This document shows positions 27,268 to 31,996 of a DNA stretch of 33,906 nt, piece by piece; position 1 is the stretch's first letter; every line of letters starts with the position of its first letter. The stretch comes from an uncultured Muribaculaceae bacterium (GTDB lineage Bacteria; Bacillota_I; Bacilli_A; RF39; UBA660): NCBI GenBank assembly GCA_964617705.1, contig CAZTXU010000002.1:1-33906 (forward strand), in the 5' to 3' direction. The position numbers and the translations under genes were made by a program. The notes beneath the pieces are model-generated. The model made no database searches. It was not told the origin of the DNA and saw only the letters and a list, made by a program, of their open reading frames with translations.

Positions 27268-27612
27268 ATGACAAACAGAGAATTTTACAACGCTATTGCT
27301 AATGGAACAATGACTGATGAAATCAAGGCTTTTGCTGAGGAGGCAATTACAAAAATGGATGAACGCAACGCAAAGCGTAATTCTAAACCCTCTAAAACTG
27401 CAATTGAGAACGAACCCATTAAAGAAAAAATTGTAGAGTTTATTACACAAAGAAACGAGTTCTGTATTGCAGGTGCTATTGCCGAGGTTCTTGAAATTTC
27501 TACCCAGAAAGCAAGTGCCCTTTGTAGGCAGTTGGTTGCCGATGGTAAGTTGGTAGAAAAAGAAGTGAAAGTTCCCAAACAGGGAAAACGTAAAGCATAT
27601 GGACTTGAATAA
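27268..27612 (+). CDS. Winged-helix-like DNA-binding protein, paralog A (114 aa)
   Basis: The ATG lies after GAAAGAAAGG; the ORF-track start at 27172 lies inside the promoter. The C-terminal half, ISTQKASALCRQLVADGKLVEKEVKVPKQGKRKAY, looks like a recognition helix plus a beta wing. It is clearly homologous to the 32516-32869 product. Confidence 0.55.
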   Translation: MTNREFYNAIANGTMTDEIKAFAEEAITKMDERNAKRNSKPSKTAIENEPIKEKIVEFITQRNEFCIAGAIAEVLEISTQKASALCRQLVADGKLVEKEVKVPKQGKRKAYGLE

Positions 27613-27616
27613 AATT

Positions 27617-27642
27617 AGAGGGATTTATCCCTCTTTTTTTTT
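27617..27642 (+). terminator. Intrinsic terminator
   Basis: AGAGGGAT-tt-ATCCCTCT followed by eight T. Confidence 0.75.
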
Positions 27643-27653
27643 AGAAAAAAACA

Positions 27654-27674
27654 TTTAGACGTTATACGTCTAAA
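27654..27674. repeat. Early-region palindrome copy 6 (spacer TAT)
   Basis: 9-bp arms. 6 nt upstream of TTGACT at 27681. Confidence 0.95.
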
Positions 27675-27680
27675 AAAAAT

Positions 27681-27709
27681 TTGACTTTTAGATAAATTTA
27701 TGTTATAAT
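27681..27709 (+). promoter_or_regulatory. Promoter P7a
   Basis: TTGACT, 17 nt, TGtTATAAT. Confidence 0.55.
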
Positions 27710-27757
27710 AGTAATAGATAAAAAGGAAAAAGAATATAAAAAGGAAATAAAAAAGTA

Positions 27758-27786
27758 TTGACAAACTAAAAATAGTGTGCTATAAT
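27758..27786 (+). promoter_or_regulatory. Promoter P7b (second tandem promoter for the same gene)
   Basis: TTGACA, 17 nt, TATAAT. Confidence 0.55.
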
Positions 27787-27818
27787 AATACTGTAATAAG
27801 GAAAGGGAGGTAGCATAT

Positions 27819-28169
27819 ATGGCAACTTCAAATAAAAAATTAAACGATGAATTGAGAAACAGGTATCTTGAAGTGTTGAAAACTATTTTTGATGAAAGTG
27901 GCGAGGAGGTTTTAATTACAGGTACAAATGAAATTTGCCTCCCTTGTGTGGATAGCGAACAAAATGATAAATTTATTCAAATTGTGGTAAAAGTTCCCAC
28001 AGGTTCGCGAGATGGTGACGCTTTTGATGGTTATAGTTTAGCAGAGGAATTTAAGATTAAACAGGAATTGAAAGCAATTAAAAAGAAAGAAGATGCAGAA
28101 AAGAAAGCAAAAAAAATTGAACGTGATAAAAAATTGCGTGAAAAGAAAGAGAAAGAAAAGGAAGAGTAA
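27819..28169 (+). CDS. Hypothetical protein with a Lys/Glu-rich C-terminal tail, paralog A (116 aa)
   Basis: It has an AAAGGGAGG RBS. It shares the motifs FDE, (I/V)VVKVP, DG..GY.L.EE and a KAKKI..DK..RE.KEKEKE tail with the 30082-30399 product. Confidence 0.65.
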   Translation: MATSNKKLNDELRNRYLEVLKTIFDESGEEVLITGTNEICLPCVDSEQNDKFIQIVVKVPTGSRDGDAFDGYSLAEEFKIKQELKAIKKKEDAEKKAKKIERDKKLREKKEKEKEE

Positions 28170-28186
28170 TCTTCCTTTTTAATATA

Positions 28187-28207
28187 TTTAGACGTAATAC
28201 GTCTAAA
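28187..28207. repeat. Early-region palindrome copy 7 (spacer AAT)
   Basis: 9-bp arms. 7 nt upstream of TTGACA at 28215. Confidence 0.95.
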
Positions 28208-28214
28208 TAAAAGA

Positions 28215-28243
28215 TTGACATCCTCCGCGCGAAGTAGTATAAT
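28215..28243 (+). promoter_or_regulatory. Promoter P8
   Basis: TTGACA, 17 nt, TATAAT. Confidence 0.6.
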
Positions 28244-28277
28244 TGTCTTAACAAAAGAAAGAAAGGAAACAAATCAA

Positions 28278-28580
28278 ATGACCACAAAATTTTTTAAGAC
28301 AACCGATAAACAGAATTTTTATACTTTGTATGTATGCGACATTGAAACTCCAATTCCTACAATGGAAGAAATTGTAGAGCGCAGAAAACTTTCTCCATAT
28401 TGTAAAACTGATACAGTGGAAGAAATTACAAGAGAAGAATTTTTAAAACTCCATAACGAACTTCTCATCGAACTTTCTGATAGCGCGGGCGACATGATTA
28501 ACTGGGCGCCAAATTATGGACTGCTTACCACTTGGGAATGGTGGGAATCAACAGAAGAAATGGAAATGTGTGAGGATTAA
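28278..28580 (+). CDS. Hypothetical acidic protein (100 aa)
   Basis: The ATG lies after AAAGAAAGGAAAC. The ORF-track start at 28215 is the TTG of the -35 box. Confidence 0.6.
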   Translation: MTTKFFKTTDKQNFYTLYVCDIETPIPTMEEIVERRKLSPYCKTDTVEEITREEFLKLHNELLIELSDSAGDMINWAPNYGLLTTWEWWESTEEMEMCED

Positions 28581-28599
28581 ATCCTCATACATTTTAAGT

Positions 28600-28620
28600 T
28601 TTAGACGTAATACGTCTAAA
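28600..28620. repeat. Early-region palindrome copy 8 (spacer AAT)
   Basis: 9-bp arms (10 bp with the flanking pair). 7 nt upstream of TTGACA at 28628. Confidence 0.95.
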
Positions 28621-28627
28621 AAACGTG

Positions 28628-28656
28628 TTGACATATCATACGTATTGTGATACAAT
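28628..28656 (+). promoter_or_regulatory. Promoter P9
   Basis: TTGACA, 17 nt, TGaTACAAT. Confidence 0.55.
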
Positions 28657-28687
28657 TGTCTTAACAAAAGAAAGGAATTTAAAAATT

Positions 28688-29152
28688 ATGTTAGTATCTT
28701 TTATCTTTTTTAATATCTTAAATGTAGTAATTCAAACAATAAAATCTATTGTAACGATTAAGTGTAATAAATGGGTTGCCGCAGTTGTAAATGCTGTTGC
28801 TTATGGGTTATATACTTATATTGTAGTATTGACCGCCAGTGATTTAGATTTATGGTTTAAGATTATCACAGTAGCACTTGCTAACTTAGTTGGTGTGTTC
28901 ATTGTAAAATGGATTGAAGAAAAGAAAAGAAAAGAGATGTTATGGAAAGTTGAATTTACAATTAAAAAAGAATTTTTAAAAAATGTTAAAACTCTTTTAA
29001 CTCTTGTAAAAGTTCCTCACAGTTATATTGAAATTGGGAAAAATGTAATTGTAAATGCGTATTGTGCGACAGGCAAAGAAAGTGAAAGCGTTAAAGAAAT
29101 TATTAAAAAGTATAATGCAAAGTATTTTGTAAGTGAAACAAAAATTTTATAA
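28688..29152 (+). CDS. Integral membrane protein, UPF0316/DUF2179-like architecture (154 aa)
   Basis: The N-terminal half has about three hydrophobic helices (LVSFIFFNILNVV..., AAVVNAVAYGLYTYIVVL, ITVALANLVGVFIV). A soluble C-terminal domain follows. The layout matches the B. subtilis YebE-type family. The ORF-track start at 28625 lies in the promoter. Confidence 0.5.
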   Translation: MLVSFIFFNILNVVIQTIKSIVTIKCNKWVAAVVNAVAYGLYTYIVVLTASDLDLWFKIITVALANLVGVFIVKWIEEKKRKEMLWKVEFTIKKEFLKNVKTLLTLVKVPHSYIEIGKNVIVNAYCATGKESESVKEIIKKYNAKYFVSETKIL

Positions 29153-29157
29153 ATTGA

Positions 29158-29186
29158 AAAGAGACTCTTAACAGGGTCTTTTTTGT
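29158..29186 (+). terminator. Intrinsic terminator
   Basis: AGACTC-ttaaca-GGGTCT (one G-U pair) followed by TTTTTT. Confidence 0.55.
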
Positions 29187-29196
29187 ACTTCCACGA

Positions 29197-29217
29197 TTTA
29201 GACGTTTTACGTCTAAA
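29197..29217. repeat. Early-region palindrome copy 9 (spacer TTT)
   Basis: 9-bp arms. 17 nt upstream of TTGCAA at 29235. Confidence 0.95.
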
Positions 29218-29234
29218 TATTTTTTATTTTACTA

Positions 29235-29263
29235 TTGCAATTCATATTTACTTGTGATATAAT
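29235..29263 (+). promoter_or_regulatory. Promoter P10
   Basis: TTGCAA, 17 nt, TGaTATAAT. Confidence 0.55.
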
Positions 29264-29306
29264 TTAGATAATCCCGAAAGGGAAAATAAGAAAGGAATTT
29301 TATAAA

Positions 29307-29972
29307 ATGAAAATCGACAACAGAAAATCTTATTATCTCACAATTGACACCGAAACCGCAAACAATCTCGACAACCCTATTGTCTTTGATATTGGCGGCG
29401 CGGTGCATGACAAAAAAGGAAAAGTGCTTGAAACATTTTCTTTTATCATTAAAGAGGTATTTTACGAAATGCCTGAGCTGATGCAAGAATGTTTTTACCT
29501 TGTCAAAATTCCGCAATACAACGCGCAAATTTACAAAGGCGAACGAAAAGTTGTTAGCCTTTACGAGGCAAAAAAGCATATTGATGAATTATGTAAAAAA
29601 TACCATATAAAAGCAATTATCGCACACAATGCCCGTTTTGACTATCGAGCGACAACCACAACACAAAGATATTTGACTTCTTCAAAATATAGATACTTCC
29701 TCCCCTATGGCGTGGAATTGTGGGATACATTGAAAATGGCACAAGATACCATTTGTAAGCAACAAAGCTATATTAACTGGTGTGTTAAACATAATTACAC
29801 AAAGAAAAACGGCGCGCCGAGGGCAACAGCGGAAATCCTATATAAATATATTACAGGTGATAATGATTTTGTTGAAAGTCACACAGGGCTTGAAGATGTG
29901 CTAATTGAAAAAAAAATTTTTGCACATTGTATGCGTCAGCATAAAAAAATGAGGAAAAATGTTTGGGAATAA
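29307..29972 (+). CDS. DEDDh (DnaQ-like) 3'-5' exonuclease (221 aa)
   Basis: Exo I is LTIDTETAN, Exo II is IIAHNARFDY and Exo III is HTGLEDV (H-x4-D). Confidence 0.7.
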   Translation: MKIDNRKSYYLTIDTETANNLDNPIVFDIGGAVHDKKGKVLETFSFIIKEVFYEMPELMQECFYLVKIPQYNAQIYKGERKVVSLYEAKKHIDELCKKYHIKAIIAHNARFDYRATTTTQRYLTSSKYRYFLPYGVELWDTLKMAQDTICKQQSYINWCVKHNYTKKNGAPRATAEILYKYITGDNDFVESHTGLEDVLIEKKIFAHCMRQHKKMRKNVWE

Positions 29973-29995
29973 TCCCAGACATTTTTCAAAACTTA

Positions 29996-30016
29996 TTTAG
30001 ACGTGATACGTCTAAA
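29996..30016. repeat. Early-region palindrome copy 10 (spacer GAT)
   Basis: 9-bp arms. 7 nt upstream of TTGACA at 30024. Confidence 0.95.
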
Positions 30017-30023
30017 TTTATTA

Positions 30024-30052
30024 TTGACATTAGTACGTAAATGTAGTAAAAT
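30024..30052 (+). promoter_or_regulatory. Promoter P11
   Basis: TTGACA, 17 nt, TAAAAT. Confidence 0.55.
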
Positions 30053-30081
30053 GATTATAGTAAAAGAAAGGGGTGTTTATT

Positions 30082-30399
30082 ATGAAGGTAGCAATGGCAA
30101 ATGCTATTCGTGAACACTATATCAAGGCAGTTTGTTCTCTCTTTGATGAAGAAGATTGTGGTATGACTACTTCCAACTCTTTCAATTTCCCTATTGTGTG
30201 GGAAGGCGAGGAGGGTTGGGTCGAGGTCATTGTAAAGGTTCCTAAGTATGATGGGGATGAGGGTTATGCACTTCGTGAAGAATACGAAATGAAGTGCAAG
30301 GAACGTGCCGAAAAGGCGAAAGCGCGAGCCGAAATCAAGGCAAAGAAGATTGCCAAAGATAAAGCGCGCAGAGAGGCAAAAGAAAAAGAAAAGGAGTAA
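30082..30399 (+). CDS. Hypothetical protein with a Lys/Glu-rich C-terminal tail, paralog B (105 aa)
   Basis: The ATG lies after AAAGGGG. It is homologous to the 27819-28169 product (see that entry). Confidence 0.65.
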   Translation: MKVAMANAIREHYIKAVCSLFDEEDCGMTTSNSFNFPIVWEGEEGWVEVIVKVPKYDGDEGYALREEYEMKCKERAEKAKARAEIKAKKIAKDKARREAKEKEKE

Positions 30400-30412
30400 T
30401 CCTTTTCTTTTT
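30388..30412 (+). terminator. Intrinsic terminator overlapping the stop codon
   Basis: GAAAAGG-agtaat-CCTTTTC followed by TTTTT. Confidence 0.6.
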
Positions 30413-30420
30413 CAAAACAG

Positions 30421-30441
30421 TTTAGACGTCTTACGTCTAAA
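30421..30441. repeat. Early-region palindrome copy 11 (spacer CTT)
   Basis: 9-bp arms. 17 nt upstream of TTGACA at 30459. Confidence 0.95.
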
Positions 30442-30458
30442 TAAATTTTAAGTTGATA

Positions 30459-30487
30459 TTGACATTTTAGTTAAGATTTGATATACT
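30459..30487 (+). promoter_or_regulatory. Promoter P12
   Basis: TTGACA, 17 nt, TATACT. Confidence 0.55.
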
Positions 30488-30534
30488 ATAATTGTTCCAA
30501 GGGGAACGAAATAAAAAAAAAGGAATTAGAAAAA

Positions 30535-30999
30535 ATGTATAATTATGTAGTATCAATTAGAGATTATAAAACAGATGAACCTATCGCACTCAAAGAGGGA
30601 GAAACAAAAAATACACCCTCTAATAGATTTAAACAAATTTGTAAAGTAGATGCAAAAAAATATTTTGATAGAGAAGTATATATTGAACTTCTTTATCTTA
30701 TTGGTGGTGATTATGAAAAAGCAACTGCCCGACTTATTGAAGATACTTTTCGTCTTTACTTTCTTAAAAAATTTGGGATTGATAAAGTTTTTAAGAGAGA
30801 TTATTTTCTTACTCATAATCTTCCGAAAGAATATGATGTTGAAAAAGAGATAGAAGATATTAAAAATTTAATCTTACCTTTTAGCGGTTCTGGGGCAAAA
30901 TTGCTTTTTACTGCGAAACCCAATTATATAAGTAATATTTATTGTGAAAATAAATCAATGGCAGTTTTCAAAACTTGGGAAAAAATGGGAATTGAATAA
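30535..30999 (+). CDS. Hypothetical protein (154 aa)
   Basis: The ATG lies after AAAGGAATTAG. The ORF-track start at 30478 lies in the promoter. Confidence 0.6.
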   Translation: MYNYVVSIRDYKTDEPIALKEGETKNTPSNRFKQICKVDAKKYFDREVYIELLYLIGGDYEKATARLIEDTFRLYFLKKFGIDKVFKRDYFLTHNLPKEYDVEKEIEDIKNLILPFSGSGAKLLFTAKPNYISNIYCENKSMAVFKTWEKMGIE

Positions 31000-31013
31000 T
31001 TCCCCTTTTTTTT
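30987..31013 (+). terminator. Intrinsic terminator overlapping the stop codon
   Basis: GGGAATT-gaat-AATTCCC followed by C and eight T. Confidence 0.65.
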
Positions 31014-31022
31014 AAAAAATAT

Positions 31023-31043
31023 TTTAGACGTTTTACGTCTAAA
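31023..31043. repeat. Early-region palindrome copy 12 (spacer TTT)
   Basis: 9-bp arms. 7 nt upstream of TTGACA at 31051. Confidence 0.95.
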
Positions 31044-31050
31044 TAATTGT

Positions 31051-31079
31051 TTGACAAATTAGTTTTAATTTGATATACT
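31051..31079 (+). promoter_or_regulatory. Promoter P13
   Basis: TTGACA, 17 nt, TATACT. Confidence 0.6.
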
Positions 31080-31127
31080 AATAATAACAAAAGAAAGAAA
31101 AATAAAAAAGATTAAAGGAGGCACAAA

Positions 31128-31307
31128 ATGATTATCAATATGAGTATTGAATACAACGAAAAAGAAAAAGAGTTGTATATTGCAGAAGAAAGTTCAAGTG
31201 GTTGTATTTATTCACACATTAAAAAAGAAGATATATCAAATTATGTAAAAAATTATATTGATGATTTTCTTTTTTATGATAAAGATGAATATGAGGAGGA
31301 AGAGTAA
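31128..31307 (+). CDS. Small acidic protein (59 aa), absent from the ORF track
   Basis: The ATG lies 7 nt after AAAGGAGG. My hand translation is MIINMSIEYNEKEKELYIAEESSSGCIYSHIKKEDISNYVKNYIDDFLFYDKDEYEEEE. Confidence 0.55.
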   Translation: MIINMSIEYNEKEKELYIAEESSSGCIYSHIKKEDISNYVKNYIDDFLFYDKDEYEEEE

Positions 31308-31424
31308 ATGATGAGTTTATATGATTTGATTGAGGGTATGTTAGAACTGCTTGGAACTATTTACTATACTGGCGCGATGACAATAGAGGAAGAAAAACTT
31401 CTTAACAAGTATGAAGAAGTATAG
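31308..31424 (+). CDS. Possible micro-protein (38 aa)
   Basis: The ATG directly abuts the upstream TAA (GAGGAGGAAGAGTAAATG provides an SD-like run). The translation is MMSLYDLIEGMLELLGTIYYTGAMTIEEEKLLNKYEEV. Confidence 0.35.
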   Translation: MMSLYDLIEGMLELLGTIYYTGAMTIEEEKLLNKYEEV

Positions 31425-31461
31425 TATAATTATTACGAAAAAGAACTTAGGAGTGAAGAAA

Positions 31462-31641
31462 ATGAGAATTGAAAAAAGAGAAATGATTTTTCTTTCACAA
31501 GAAGAAAGGGATACTTGGGATGTTTTTGACAAAATTTTAGAAGGAATTGAAGGAGAAACTAACGATCCATACATTATTGACACTATCTGTGAAATTACTG
31601 ATCATTTATCAGACTTATGGGAATTAGTGGAGGTTGAATAA
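31462..31641 (+). CDS. Small acidic protein (59 aa)
   Basis: The ATG lies after TAGGAGTGAAG. The ORF-track start at 31411 overlaps the previous ORF. Confidence 0.55.
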   Translation: MRIEKREMIFLSQEERDTWDVFDKILEGIEGETNDPYIIDTICEITDHLSDLWELVEVE

Positions 31642-31668
31642 AAGGACTTAACAAAGTCCTTTTTTTTA
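31640..31668. terminator. Bidirectional intrinsic terminator
   Basis: AAGGACTT-aaca-AAGTCCTT is flanked by an A-run on the left and TTTTTTATT on the right, so it is usable from either strand. Confidence 0.7.
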
Positions 31669-31679
31669 TTTATTTTAAT

Positions 31680-31698
31680 TTAGACGTATTACGTCTAA
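31680..31698. repeat. Early-region palindrome copy 13 (8-bp arms, spacer ATT), with no promoter beside it
   Basis: TTAGACGT ATT ACGTCTAA. No TTGACA-type box follows on either strand. Confidence 0.9.
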
Positions 31699-31922
31699 TT
31701 AAGGGATTTCTCGGAATCGAACCGATATATCTTGCGCGCAGACCATAACCATTATGTCTCCCCGAGAACTCAGAAATCAAATAGATTTTTTTCGGCGTTC
31801 CGTCTTTGTTCTCTCAGTAAAGAAATTGGCTTTGTTTTAGAGAAATTACCTTTAAGGACTTTTCCGTTTGGGTCACTCTTGGCGCCTCCTGCTCCTGCTT
31901 TGTCGTCCACCAACCTTTACTG
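31699..31922 (-). ncRNA. Candidate promoter-driven non-coding transcript ending in a tRNA-like T-arm fragment (function unknown)
   Basis: It lies downstream of a consensus minus-strand promoter. No ORF here has a well-spaced SD apart from a 17-codon micro-ORF. The 3' part reads ...TCGGTTCGATTCCGAGAAATCCC on the minus strand, a T-loop consensus. It is G+C-richer than the flanks. The boundaries are approximate. Confidence 0.3.
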
Positions 31923-31929
31923 TAGTTAT

Positions 31930-31958
31930 AGTATAACAAAATTTATATTTATTGTCAA
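31930..31958 (-). promoter_or_regulatory. Leftward promoter of the inverted cassette
   Basis: On the minus strand: TTGACA (31958-31953), 17 nt, TGtTATACT (-10 hexamer at 31935-31930). Palindrome copy 14 lies 7 nt upstream in that orientation. Confidence 0.6.
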
Positions 31959-31965
31959 CAGATGA

Positions 31966-31986
31966 TTTAGACGTATTACGTCTAAA
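31966..31986. repeat. Early-region palindrome copy 14 (spacer ATT)
   Basis: 9-bp arms (10 bp with the flanking pair). It serves the minus-strand promoter. Confidence 0.95.
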
Positions 31987-31996
31987 TTTTATTTTT

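Noticed and set aside
23730-31411. Longer N-terminal extensions given by the ORF track for early genes, with starts at 23730, 24177, 25222, 26840, 27172, 28215, 28625, 30073, 30478 and 31411.
   Set aside because: These starts fall inside the -35/-10 elements, at the predicted transcription start, or inside the upstream gene. In each case an internal ATG lies 5-10 nt after an AAAGGAGG-type SD.
31701-31777. A canonical tRNA gene on the minus strand, suggested by the GGTTCGATTCC T-loop.
   Set aside because: The T-stem (TCGG/CCGA) would require an acceptor 3' strand of AAATCCC, and no matching GGGATTT occurs upstream. The alternative 7-bp helices conflict with the T-stem. No 5-7-5 anticodon arm can be drawn. 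I kept it only as a tRNA-like fragment within a candidate ncRNA.
31699-31910. Minus-strand small ORFs in the inverted cassette: 46 codons from GTG 31910 to the stop at 31770, and 17 codons from ATG 31752 to the stop at 31699.
   Set aside because: The 46-codon ORF has its AAAGG only 3 nt from the start codon. The 17-codon ORF has a plausible GGGGAG SD but runs straight through the tRNA-like T-arm. Neither can be supported without homologs or ribosome profiling.
25165-31986. The 14 palindromic repeats could be read as a CRISPR-like array.
   Set aside because: The repeats are 21 bp long and spaced 300-800 bp apart. Complete promoter-gene-terminator units lie between them. There is no regular 25-50-bp spacer structure, and no cas genes are visible.
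25165-31986. The palindromes could be rho-independent terminators.
   Set aside because: The stem ends in AAA and is followed by mixed or A-rich sequence rather than a T-run. Most cassettes already have a separate canonical hairpin-plus-T-run terminator 5-15 bp upstream of the palindrome.
25165-31986. The palindromes could be N4-type hairpin promoters (stem plus 3-nt loop) for a virion RNA polymerase.
   Set aside because: Each is followed at a fixed distance by a good sigma-A -35/-10 pair. The loop bases are not conserved. The only giant ORF in the window is a tape measure protein, not an RNA polymerase. This cannot be excluded without the rest of the genome.
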